In this document: positions 1 to 7,765 of the stretch, piece by piece
How positions within the stretch are numbered: position 1 is the stretch's first letter
Layout of the letters: every line of letters starts with the position of its first letter
Assembly (NCBI GenBank): GCA_963775175.1
Contig: CAVZHT010000001.1
Span: 2,434,940 to 2,458,939, forward strand
DNA length: 24,000 nt
Direction: 5' to 3'
Source: an uncultured Actinomycetota bacterium
GTDB taxonomy: Bacteria > Actinomycetota > Actinomycetes > Mycobacteriales > Jatrophihabitantaceae
Translations under genes and position numbers: made by a program
The notes under the pieces: generated by a model
What the model saw: only the letters and a program-made list of their open reading frames with translations
What the model was told of the DNA's origin: nothing
Database searches by the model: none

Positions 1-18
1 GGTGCCTGGTTGGAGCCG

Positions 19-300
19 ATGGCCGACAACGGGGCCGAGCTCGTCGTCACCATCGGCGGTGAGGTCGACATCTCCAGCGTCGCGCCCCTGCGTGCGGCGC
101 TGGACGAGATCCTCGACCGGCAACCAACCAAGGTGATCTTCGAACTGCGCGACCTGCGCTTCATGGACAGCTCGGGCATCGCGTTGCTGATCACCGCCGC
201 CCAGCGGGTCGGCCGGGTCGAGCTGCACCACCCTTCGGCCATGGTGCGCCGGGTCATCGAACTGGCCGGCCTGGCCTCGACGCTGCCGATGACGCAATGA
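19..300 (+). CDS. STAS-domain anti-sigma-factor antagonist (SpoIIAA/RsbV-like)
   Basis: This is the tracked ORF 10..300. The translation 'ELVVTIGGEVDISSVAPLRAAL...LRFMDSSGIALL' fits the STAS pattern, including the phosphorylatable Ser of the 'DSSG' motif. GGAG at 12-15 precedes ATG19; TTG10 is an alternative start. The stop overlaps the next start (ATGA at 297-300). The gene lies at the window edge, so an upstream start cannot be excluded. Confidence 0.8.
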   Translation: MADNGAELVVTIGGEVDISSVAPLRAALDEILDRQPTKVIFELRDLRFMDSSGIALLITAAQRVGRVELHHPSAMVRRVIELAGLASTLPMTQ

Positions 301-689
301 GCTCCGACCGGACCTGGCCCGGCGAGCCGCGGTCGGTCGCCGCGGCCCGGCGCTTCGTCACCGAAACCCTGGCCGGGCTGAGCCAGGAGGTGCTCGACGT
401 CCTCGTCCTGATGGTGTCCGAGCTGGCGACCAACTCGGTCGTGCACGCCCACAGCCCGTTCCGGGTCCGGGTCGAGCGGGGGCCGCGGGCGGTGCGCATC
501 GAGGTGCACGACCACGACAGCGGACGGATCGAGATCGCCCACGCCGCGCCCGAGGATCTGCACGGCCGCGGGCTGTCGATGGTCGACGTGCTCTCCGACG
601 ACTGGGGCGTCACCCGCTCGGCCGACGAATCCGGCAAGACCGTGTGGTTCACCCTGAACCTGCCCGAAGGCGTGCCGGCGCTGGCTTAG
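297..689 (+). CDS. Anti-sigma regulatory factor, HATPase-type Ser kinase (RsbW/SpoIIAB-like)
   Basis: 130 aa. It has an N-box-like 'ELATNSVVHA' and a G-box-like 'HGRGLSMV'. The size and 'WF' C-terminus are typical of RsbW-like kinases. It is translationally coupled to the STAS gene through the ATGA overlap. Confidence 0.8.
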   Translation: MSSDRTWPGEPRSVAAARRFVTETLAGLSQEVLDVLVLMVSELATNSVVHAHSPFRVRVERGPRAVRIEVHDHDSGRIEIAHAAPEDLHGRGLSMVDVLSDDWGVTRSADESGKTVWFTLNLPEGVPALA

Positions 690-706
690 CCCGAAAGGCC
701 GCGGCC

Positions 707-3049
707 TCAGCGGTGCGCGGCCAGCGGCGTCGGCTGCGGGCCGTAGGCGGTCAGGAACCGGTCGCGGAAGCTGTCCATCGGCCACACCGGGGCCTTCGCG
801 CCCGGCAGCAGCCCGTCCGGCCAGCCCCACGCCGCGATCCGGTCCATGACCGACGGGTCGGCGCTGATCACGCTGATCGGCACGTCGTGGCTCGCCTGCG
901 TCCCGCTCACGATCGTGGCCGGCTGATGATCGCCGAGCACCACCAGCACCAGGTTCTTGTCGTGGAACGTCGTCACGAACGACACCAGCGTGCTGAGCGT
1001 GTACCGGATCGACTGCCCGTACGCCGCCTGCACATCGCTCGCGTGCTGCCACACCTCCTGCGGGGTGCGGCCCTGCTCGGGCATGCCCTCGAAGATCGTC
1101 CCGTCGCCGACGGCGTTCCAATCGACCGGGTGCGGCAGCGGCGCCCACGGCGTGTGCGACGAGACGAGGTCGATCTCGGCCATCACCGGGCGGTGGTGCG
1201 GCGCCGCGAGCTCGCGCTGCCGGAACGCCGACAGCACGTACTGGTCGGGCATCGCGGCGTAGCTGAACGACGGGCCGCGGTAGCCGACGTTGCGCCGGTC
1301 GTAGATCTTGTCGTAGTGGTAGAACGACCGGCCGACCGCCCAGTCCCGGTAGTTCGACGGCACGTCGTCGACCGTCCGCCACCCCGCCCGCTGGAACGCG
1401 CGGCTCAGCGTGAAGTGGTCGCCCTCGACGAGCTTGTCGTAGCGCTGCTGGCTGCTGATCCACAGCCCCGACTGCAGGGTGGAGTGCGCCAGCCAGCTGA
1501 TACCGCCGAACGTCGGTGACGTGAGGAACGCGCTGCGGGACGCGAAGCCGGCGGCCGCGAGGCTGCGGGTGCCGGACCTGAGCACGTCGTCCACCTGCGG
1601 CGAGAACGACGAACCCTGCACGGCCACCCTGCCGTAGCTCTCGACGAACGCCACGATGACGTCCTTGCCCCGCAGCCCGGTGAGCAGGTCGCTTCCCGGC
1701 TCCTGCGCGAACCGGTCGCCGGCCGAGAGCGCGTGGGAGAACCGGTGCTCGTCGGCGATCGCGGACCGGACGGCGTGGATCTGGTCGTAGGCCAGGCCGG
1801 CCGCGCTGGTGGAGGCGACCGGTGCCCCGGCGACGATCTGCACGCCGGAGACGGCGCAGACCACCCAGACCGCACCGAGCGCGCCGAGCGCCCGCAGCGA
1901 TCCGCGCCGGTGCCTGGCGGCGACCCGGCTCAGCCGCAGCATCGACAGCGGGACGAGGACGACGACGGCGATGCCGGCGAGCACCGCGGCGAGCTCGGCC
2001 ACGACGGCCCACCCCGGCCCGACCGAGTCGCGCAGCACGCCGGCCGCAGGCCCGAACGACCCCCAGTCCGACACCGGGTTGAACGGCCGGCCGAGCTGGT
2101 TGTAGAAGCCCACATCGAGGACCTTGACGACCCCCACCATCCCGAGCAGCAGCCCGACGAGCACCGCGAAGCCCGACCGCAGTCTCGTCGGCAGCACGAG
2201 GCCGGTGACGAGCACGACGAGGCCCTCGACCGGCACCCGGAGGAAGGCGCCCGGCGTCAGCTGTTCGAGGTGGTTCGGCGCCACCAGGGCGGCCCACACG
2301 AGCAGGAAGGCGAGGCCGGTGAGCACGAGAGGCAACGTCGACCGGTCCACGACGTCCTGGCCGCGGTGCCGCAGCCAGAGCCACCGCACGTCGTTTCCGA
2401 ACGACTCGGCGAGCAGCGCGAGCGCGGCGGCCACCGCCAGCACGATCAGCGGACCGGGCAGCAAGCCCGCCGCCGCCACGGTGAGCACGACCCCCTGGAT
2501 CGCCGCCACGACCTTGCACCAGTAGCGCGGCGGGGTCGGCTCGCGCAGCCACGACCATCGGCGGCCGGCCAGCCCGAACAGGTAGCGGGCCGCCCCGATC
2601 GCCAGCACCCACGGGCCCAGCAGCCGGGCGACGTACCCGCTGAGCACGAGGATCAGGAACGCGTCGACCTCCATGTCGAAGCGCGCCCCGTGCGGGGTGA
2701 CGGTGCCGGTGCGCCGCGCGATCCAGCCGTCCACCGCATCGAGGAGGAGCGCGGCGGAGGCCAGGGCGACCAGCGCGGCCACGGAGATGGACCGGTCCAG
2801 GGAGTCGGCGACCAGCGCGGCCACGCCGGCGGCGAGGTTGGCCCGGGCCAGCGTGACCCGGTCGGCCGGCCCGAACGCCGCGACGCCCGGCCGGGCGAAC
2901 GCGTACCGCACGACCGCGTTGACCCCGGCTGCCGCGACCGCGCCGGCGATCCAGCCCGCCGGCCCGAGCCCGACCGTCACCGCCAGCGCGGCGAGCAGCG
3001 TGATCGCGGCGGTCAGGCCCGCGACCGGGCCGGTTCGAACCGTCAGCAC
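707..3049 (-). CDS. Fusion protein: N-terminal CDP-alcohol phosphatidyltransferase, polytopic membrane linker, C-terminal LtaS/MdoB-type (sulfatase/alkaline-phosphatase superfamily) domain
   Basis: This is the C-terminal 780 codons of the tracked 1128-aa minus ORF. I place the start at GTG 3049, preceded by GGAGG with a 5-nt spacer. The CDP-OH transferase motif 'DGWIARRTGTVTPHGARFDMEVD' (DGxxAR..G...D...D) is present. Multiple hydrophobic helices follow. The C-terminal domain carries 'VIVAFVESYG', 'TSPTFGGISW' and 'VVLGDHQP', typical of LtaS/phosphoglycerol-transferase-like domains. The ORF part upstream of 3049 is antisense to the MDR gene and Arg/Pro/Gly-rich, so I excluded it. Confidence 0.8.
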   Translation of the reverse strand: MLTVRTGPVAGLTAAITLLAALAVTVGLGPAGWIAGAVAAAGVNAVVRYAFARPGVAAFGPADRVTLARANLAAGVAALVADSLDRSISVAALVALASAALLLDAVDGWIARRTGTVTPHGARFDMEVDAFLILVLSGYVARLLGPWVLAIGAARYLFGLAGRRWSWLREPTPPRYWCKVVAAIQGVVLTVAAAGLLPGPLIVLAVAAALALLAESFGNDVRWLWLRHRGQDVVDRSTLPLVLTGLAFLLVWAALVAPNHLEQLTPGAFLRVPVEGLVVLVTGLVLPTRLRSGFAVLVGLLLGMVGVVKVLDVGFYNQLGRPFNPVSDWGSFGPAAGVLRDSVGPGWAVVAELAAVLAGIAVVVLVPLSMLRLSRVAARHRRGSLRALGALGAVWVVCAVSGVQIVAGAPVASTSAAGLAYDQIHAVRSAIADEHRFSHALSAGDRFAQEPGSDLLTGLRGKDVIVAFVESYGRVAVQGSSFSPQVDDVLRSGTRSLAAAGFASRSAFLTSPTFGGISWLAHSTLQSGLWISSQQRYDKLVEGDHFTLSRAFQRAGWRTVDDVPSNYRDWAVGRSFYHYDKIYDRRNVGYRGPSFSYAAMPDQYVLSAFRQRELAAPHHRPVMAEIDLVSSHTPWAPLPHPVDWNAVGDGTIFEGMPEQGRTPQEVWQHASDVQAAYGQSIRYTLSTLVSFVTTFHDKNLVLVVLGDHQPATIVSGTQASHDVPISVISADPSVMDRIAAWGWPDGLLPGAKAPVWPMDSFRDRFLTAYGPQPTPLAAHR

Positions 3050-3127
3050 CCTTGCCTCCGTGTCTATGAGGTACAGGATTGGTACGGCGTGCACGAGCAC
3101 GCGGTTCAGCGAGAGGTCCGGACGGCG
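3050..3127. promoter_or_regulatory. Divergent promoter/operator spacer between the fusion gene and the MDR-led operon
   Basis: The 78-bp gap between the divergent start codons contains the least GC-rich stretch of this neighbourhood ('tgtctatgaggtacaggattggtacgg'). A direct GGTAC repeat sits at 3070-3074 and 3081-3085, 11 bp apart. I could not assign -10 or -35 elements with confidence. Confidence 0.35.
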
Positions 3128-4117
3128 ATGACGGCGGTGCGGCGAGAGGCCCGGGCGTTCTGGGTGCAGGCACCCGGTGCGGGTGAGATCCGGCCCGCGA
3201 CCCTCGCGCCGCCCGGCCCGGACGACGTCGTCGTCCGCACCCTGCACTCCGGCATCAGCCGCGGCACGGAGACGCTGGTGTTCCAAGGGCGCGTGCCGAA
3301 GGACCAGTACGCCGCGATGCGGGCGCCGTTCCAGGAGGGCGAGCTGCCCGGGCCGGTGAAATACGGCTACCTCAACGTCGGCGTGGTGGAGCACGGGCCG
3401 CGCCACCTGCAGGACCGCACCGTCTTCTGCCTGTACCCGCACCAGACGGCCTACGTGGTGCCGGCCCGGGCGGTGATCCCGGTGCCGGACGGCGTGCCGG
3501 CGTCGCGGGCCGTGCTCGCCGGGACGGTGGAGACGGCGGTCAACGCGCTGTGGGACGCCGCGCCGCTCGTCGGTGATCGGATCACCGTCGTCGGGGCCGG
3601 CATGGTCGGCTGCTGTGTCGCCCGGCTGCTCGCGCGGTACCCCGCCGTCGAGGTGACCCTCGTCGACATCGACGCCGGCCGGGCCGAGATCGCCGCGCAG
3701 CTGGGCGTCGGGTTCGCCCGGCCGGAGGACGCCACCGGCGAGCGCGACCTCGTCGTGCACACCAGCGCCACGTCGGCCGGGCTGCAGCTGGCGCTCGACC
3801 TGCTCGCGCCGGAGGGCACGGTCCTCGACCTCAGCTGGTACGGCGACGCCGACGTGACGCTGTCGCTGGGCGGCGCCTTCCACTCCCGGCGCCTCGGCAT
3901 CCGGTCCAGCCAGGTCGGGAAGGTCGCGCCCGCCCGCCGGGCCAACCGGACGACGACCGACCGGCTGGCCCTGGCCCTCGAGCTGCTGCGCGATCCGGCG
4001 TTCGACGCGCTGCTGACCGGCGCGTCGCCGTTCGAGGAGCTGCCCGACGTGCTGCCCCGCCTCGCCGACGGCCGCCGCCCGGCGCTGTGCCACAGCGTCA
4101 CCTACGGCGAGGGGTGA
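3128..4117 (+). CDS. MDR-superfamily (zinc-ADH-like) NAD(P)-dependent oxidoreductase, apparently lacking the catalytic-zinc Cys/His ligands
   Basis: ATG 3128 is in frame with the tracked ORF 1733..4117; only this 3' part has coding-like composition. A GroES-like N-terminus reads '[15 protein letters not shown]' where classical enzymes have 'CGxCxSDxH'. The Rossmann motif is '[15 protein letters not shown]'. Confidence 0.8.
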   Translation: MTAVRREARAFWVQAPGAGEIRPATLAPPGPDDVVVRTLHSGISRGTETLVFQGRVPKDQYAAMRAPFQEGELPGPVKYGYLNVGVVEHGPRHLQDRTVFCLYPHQTAYVVPARAVIPVPDGVPASRAVLAGTVETAVNALWDAAPLVGDRITVVGAGMVGCCVARLLARYPAVEVTLVDIDAGRAEIAAQLGVGFARPEDATGERDLVVHTSATSAGLQLALDLLAPEGTVLDLSWYGDADVTLSLGGAFHSRRLGIRSSQVGKVAPARRANRTTTDRLALALELLRDPAFDALLTGASPFEELPDVLPRLADGRRPALCHSVTYGEG

Positions 4118-4122
4118 CCGGC

Positions 4123-4520
4123 ATGTTCAGCGTGACCGTCCGCGACCACATGATGATCGCCCACAGCTTCCGCGGCGAGGTCTTCGGCCCGGCCCAGCGG
4201 CTGCACGGCGCGACCTACGTCGTGGACGCGACCTTCCGTCGCGCCGATCTCGACGCCGACGGCATCGTGGTCGACATCGGCCGGGCCGCCGACCAGCTGC
4301 ACGCCGTGCTCGGCGAGCTGACCTACCGCAACCTCGACGACGAAGCGGCGTTCGCCGGCAGCAACACCTCGACCGAGGCCTGGCCCGGGTGATCGCCGAC
4401 CGGCTCGCCGGCCGCATCCACGCCGGCGCCCTCGGCGACGGCGCCGCGAGATCGCTGGCTCTCGCCGTCACGCTGCACGAGTCGCACATCGCCTGGGCGA
4501 GTTACGAGCGGACACTGTGA
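4123..4520 (+). pseudogene. 6-pyruvoyl-tetrahydropterin synthase (PTPS/QueD)-family gene interrupted by a 1-nt deletion-type frameshift (or sequencing error)
   Basis: Frame 1 (4123-4392) gives '[38 protein letters not shown]...NTSTEAWPG*'. The family C-terminus '[13 protein letters not shown]...[19 protein letters not shown]' continues in the -1 frame (4389-4520). Adding one C at the CC run 4379-4380 would give '...[15 protein letters not shown]...', which restores the conserved T-x-E-x-L-A-x-x-I pattern of the family. Confidence 0.7.
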
Positions 4521-5555
4521 ACCGCGTCCACGTGGTCGTGCCGGACGGCATCGACGACCCGCGCCGGCCGAGCGGCGGCAACGCCTACGACCGCCGGGTC
4601 TGCGCCGGGCTGACCGCCGCCGGGTGGGACGTGCGGGAGCACGGCATCCCGGGGGCGTGGCCGCATGCCGGAAGCCGCCGCGAACGCGGCCCTCGCTGTT
4701 GCCGTCGCGGCCGTTCCCGACCGGGCGACGGTCCTGGTCGACGGGCTGGTCGCGTCGGCGGCGCCGGCCGTGCTCGTCCCCCAGGCGGCGCGGCTCCGGC
4801 TGGTGGTCCTGGTGCACATGCCCCTCGACACCGGCGAGCCGGAACGGGCCGTCCTCTCCGCGGCGGCCGCGGTGATCACCACGAGCGCCTGGACGCGGCA
4901 GTGGCTGGTCGATCGCTACGGGCTCGCGCCGGGCACCGTGCACGTGGCCGTGCCCGGCACCGACCCGGCCGGCCTCGCCGCCGGGACCCCGACCGGGGGC
5001 GCGCTGCTCTGCGTCGGGGCGGTGAGCCCGCACAAGGGCCATGACGTGCTGGTCGCCGCGCTGGGCGCGCTGGTCGGCCGGCCGTGGCGCTGTGCCGTCG
5101 TCGGCCCGCTCGACCGCGACGTCGGCTTCGTCGCCCGGCTCCGATGCCGGGCCGTGGCCGACGGCATCGGCGCACGGATCGACTTCACCGGCTCGCGATC
5201 GGATGCCGACCTCGACCGCGCCTACGCGTCGGCCGACGTGCTCGTCCTCGCTTCGCGGGCCGAGACCTACGGCATGGTCATCACCGAGGCGCTGGCCCGC
5301 GGGCTGCCGGTGCTCGCCACCGCGGTCGGTGGCGTGCCCGAGGCGCTGGGGCGCACCGCGGACGGCCGGCGGCCGGGCATCCTCGTCCCGCCCGACGACC
5401 CCGGCGCCCTGGCCGGCGCGGTCGGCCGCTGGCTCGGCCAGGCCGACCTGCGCCACCGGTTGCGGCGCGCGGCCCGCGATCGGCGAGCGGCACTGACCGG
5501 CTGGCCCGTCACCACCGGCCGCGTCGAACGGGTCCTGAGCGGGGTGGCGGCGTGA
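4517..5555 (+). pseudogene. GT-B/GT4-type glycosyltransferase interrupted by a +1 frameshift near 4655-4667 (or sequencing error)
   Basis: GTG 4517 overlaps the PTPS-like stop (GTGA). The first ~49 codons ('[49 protein letters not shown]') have high GC3. After ~4664 GC3 collapses in that frame. Coding signal resumes in the tracked ORF 4665..5555 ('MPEAAANAAL...GRSRAETYGMVITEALARGLPVLATAVGGVPE', a GT1/GT4 C-terminal E-x7-E-like region). Removing one nucleotide (for example C4664) joins the halves as '...GAWPMPEAAANAAL...'. Confidence 0.7.
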
Positions 5556-6529
5556 CCGTCACCCTCGAGCGGCCGCCGGTCGACGCGACCCCGGCGGCGG
5601 ACCGGCCGCGGCGTCGGTGGCTTCTCGGGCTGCGCTGGGCCGGCGGGGCGGCGATCCTTTCCGCGCTGGTCTGGCGGGTCGGCACCGGGCCGATCGTCGA
5701 CGGGCTGCGGACGGTCAGCGTCGGCTCGCTGCTGGCCGCCGCGGCGATCGGCGCCGTCACCACCGCCGCCTCGGCGTGGCGGTGGACCCTCGTCGCCCGC
5801 GGCCTCGGCGTCGCCATCCCGTGGCCGGCCGCGTTCGCCGCCTACTACCGGTCGCAGTTCCTCAACACGACCTTGCCGGGCGGGGTGCTCGGCGACGTCC
5901 ACCGGGGGGTTCGGCACGGGCGCGCGGCCGGCGACGTCGGGCGGGGCCTGCGTGCGGTCGGCTGGGAGCGCGCGGCCGGGCAGGTCGTGCAGGCCGCGCT
6001 CGCGGTCGTGGTGCTGCTGGCGATGGCCTCGCCGGTCCGGGCGGCGATGCCGCTCGTCCTGGTGATCGTCACCGCCGCAGCCCTGCTGGTGGCCCGCGGC
6101 GCCCGGGCGCGGCCCCGGCCCGGCGGCTCACTGCTCGGGCGGACGCTGCGGGCGATCCGGGACGACCTCCGGCACGGGGTCCTCGCCCGGCGCACGTGGC
6201 CCGGCGTCACCGGCGCGTCGATCGTCGTCGTCGGCGGGCACGCGCTCACCTTCCTGGTCGCCGCCCGCACCGCCGGCTCGACCGGGTCGCTGGCCCAGTT
6301 GCTGCCCCTGGCGATGCTGGTGCTGCTGGCGATGAGCGTGCCGGCGAACGTCGGCGGCTGGGGGCCGCGGGAGGGCGCGGCGGCCTGGCTGTTCGCCGCC
6401 TCCGGCCTGGGCGCCGGGGCCGGGGTGGCGACGGCCACCGTGTACGGCGTGCTCGTGCTCGTCGCCAGCCTGCCCGGTGCGGCGGTGCTCGTGTGGCCCG
6501 ACCGGACCCGGGGGGCCGGCGATGGTTGA
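5552..6529 (+). CDS. Flippase-like / lysylphosphatidylglycerol-synthase-TM-region family (UPF0104-type) integral membrane protein
   Basis: GTG 5552 overlaps the GT stop (GTGA) and is in frame with the tracked ORF 5084..6529. The protein is polytopic and hydrophobic, with 'RWTLVARGLG...YYRSQFLNTTLPGGVLGDVHR' and 'NVGGWGPREGAAAW', characteristic of this family. Confidence 0.75.
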   Translation: MTVTLERPPVDATPAADRPRRRWLLGLRWAGGAAILSALVWRVGTGPIVDGLRTVSVGSLLAAAAIGAVTTAASAWRWTLVARGLGVAIPWPAAFAAYYRSQFLNTTLPGGVLGDVHRGVRHGRAAGDVGRGLRAVGWERAAGQVVQAALAVVVLLAMASPVRAAMPLVLVIVTAAALLVARGARARPRPGGSLLGRTLRAIRDDLRHGVLARRTWPGVTGASIVVVGGHALTFLVAARTAGSTGSLAQLLPLAMLVLLAMSVPANVGGWGPREGAAAWLFAASGLGAGAGVATATVYGVLVLVASLPGAAVLVWPDRTRGAGDG

Positions 6530-7232
6530 GCGCCCCTACACGGTGCTGAGCTGCGGCATGTCGATCGACGGCTATCTCGACTGCACCTCGGTGAAGCGGC
6601 TGCGGCTCTCGAACGACGCCGACTTCGACCGGGTCGATGCGGTGCGCGCGACCTGCGACGCGATCTTCGTCGGGGCGGCCACCGTCCGCAACGACAACCC
6701 GCGCCTGCTCGTCCGCTCGGCCGCCCGGCGGCAGCGGCGCGTCGCCCGGGGCCTGCGCCCGTCACCGATCAAGGTGACGGTGACCGGCCGGGCCGAACTC
6801 GACGCGCAGGCCGCCTTCTTCGTCACCGGCGACACCGAGAAGCTGGTGTACTGCGAGAGCTCGAAGCTCGCCGAGGCCCGCGACCGCCTGGGCACCGTCG
6901 CGACCGTCGTCGACGGCGGCCGGCCCGTCGAGATGACGGCGATCACCGAGGACCTGCGGGCCCGCGGCGTCGAGCGGTTGATGGTCGAGGGCGGCGGTTC
7001 GCTGCACACCCAGTTCCTCACCGCCGACCTCGCCGACGAGCTGCATCTCGTCGTCGCCCCGTTCTTCGTCGGCGACTCCCGGGCCCGCCGCTTCGTCGAC
7101 GACGGCCGCTTCCCGTGGAACCCGCGGCGGCGGGCGACGCTGGCCGGGGTCCGGCAGATCGGCGACGTCGTCCTGCTGCGCTACGCGCTGTCGGCGCGGT
7201 TCTGCCCGGACGAGTTGTGGGAGCAGGCGTGA
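6522..7232 (+). CDS. RibD C-terminal-domain / dihydrofolate-reductase-like NADPH-dependent reductase
   Basis: ATG 6522 overlaps the upstream stop by 8 nt (ATGGTTGA). The translation 'PYTVLSCGMSIDGYL...DAIFVGAATVRNDNPRL...LMVEGGGSLHTQFL...DELHLVVAPFFVG' matches the RibD_C pattern. Confidence 0.8.
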   Translation: MVERPYTVLSCGMSIDGYLDCTSVKRLRLSNDADFDRVDAVRATCDAIFVGAATVRNDNPRLLVRSAARRQRRVARGLRPSPIKVTVTGRAELDAQAAFFVTGDTEKLVYCESSKLAEARDRLGTVATVVDGGRPVEMTAITEDLRARGVERLMVEGGGSLHTQFLTADLADELHLVVAPFFVGDSRARRFVDDGRFPWNPRRRATLAGVRQIGDVVLLRYALSARFCPDELWEQA

Positions 7233-7254
7233 CACCCGGCCGCGAGCTGGGCCG

Positions 7255-7728
7255 CTAACCGACCCGCAGCCGCGGCGGGGCCGGCTGCCCGTCGGCGTCG
7301 CGTCGTGCGGTCTCGGCCCAGGCGATGAGGCCGTCGACGTCGATGCCGTGGGGCGCCGACTCGCGGTAGGGGAGCACCCGCTCGACGGCCCGGGTGAGCA
7401 GGGCGCGGGCGCCGGCCGGGTTGCCGCGCAGCGCGTGCGTGAGGCCGACCGCGAGCTGGGCCAGGCCCTGCCACAGATCCCGCTCCCCGGCCGGCGCGCC
7501 CTTCCAGGCCGCCTCCAGCACCTCGTGGGCCTGGAACGGGAAGCCCTCGTCGAGCAGCCGCTGGGCCTCGGTCAGGGTGTCGTCCGGGCCGAGGTCGAGG
7601 GCCTCCGGCACGCCGGGCACGCCGGCCGCGCCCGGGGCGAGCGGGCGGCCGAGGGCGTCCCGCGGGCGGGCGTTGCGCGGCCGCCCCCGCGCGTCCCGAT
7701 CCCGATCCGCGTCCGTCACGGCGATCAT
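7255..7728 (-). CDS. DUF309-family protein
   Basis: I chose the internal ATG (7728) of the tracked ORF 7255..7908. The translation 'RDARGRPRNARPRDALGRPL...EAQRLLDEGFPFQAHEVLEAAWK...LWQGLAQLAVGLTHALRGNPAGA' is the typical DUF309 pattern. The ORF upstream of 7728 overlaps the neighbouring divergent gene. Confidence 0.75.
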   Translation of the reverse strand: MIAVTDADRDRDARGRPRNARPRDALGRPLAPGAAGVPGVPEALDLGPDDTLTEAQRLLDEGFPFQAHEVLEAAWKGAPAGERDLWQGLAQLAVGLTHALRGNPAGARALLTRAVERVLPYRESAPHGIDVDGLIAWAETARRDADGQPAPPRLRVG

Positions 7729-7765
7729 TCTCCGCCTTGAACGCCCCGGCAGGGATGATGGACCG

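Noticed and set aside
690-706. The palindrome GGCCGCGGCC between the convergent kinase and fusion genes, as a bidirectional terminator
   Set aside because: The stem would be 4 bp with a 2-nt loop and has no U-tract. That is too weak to call.
1733-3127. The 5' two-thirds of the 794-aa + strand ORF 1733..4117, and ORF 644..1519
   Set aside because: Both are shadow ORFs antisense to the fusion gene. Their translations are dominated by R/P/G/D/E/H runs. Only the segment from ATG 3128 shows a real family match.
3050-4093. The N-terminal 348 codons of the 1128-aa minus-strand ORF (707..4093)
   Set aside because: This part lies antisense to the well-supported MDR gene. Its translation is Arg/Pro/Gly-rich and low-complexity with no family signal. 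A GGAGG-GTG start at 3049 fits the beginning of the transferase domain.
4384-4392. Programmed -1 ribosomal frameshift at CCC GGG TGA in the PTPS-like gene
   Set aside because: The site is not a canonical X XXY YYZ heptamer in the zero frame. The conserved family motif 'TEALARVI' is only restored if the frame change occurs upstream, at the CC run 4379-4380. A simple 1-nt deletion or sequencing error is more parsimonious.
5084-5551. The N-terminal extension of the flippase-like ORF (tracked 5084..6529)
   Set aside because: The extension overlaps the glycosyltransferase coding frame and translates to an Arg/Pro-rich sequence. GTG 5552 in a GTGA overlap gives a typical start just before the first transmembrane helix.
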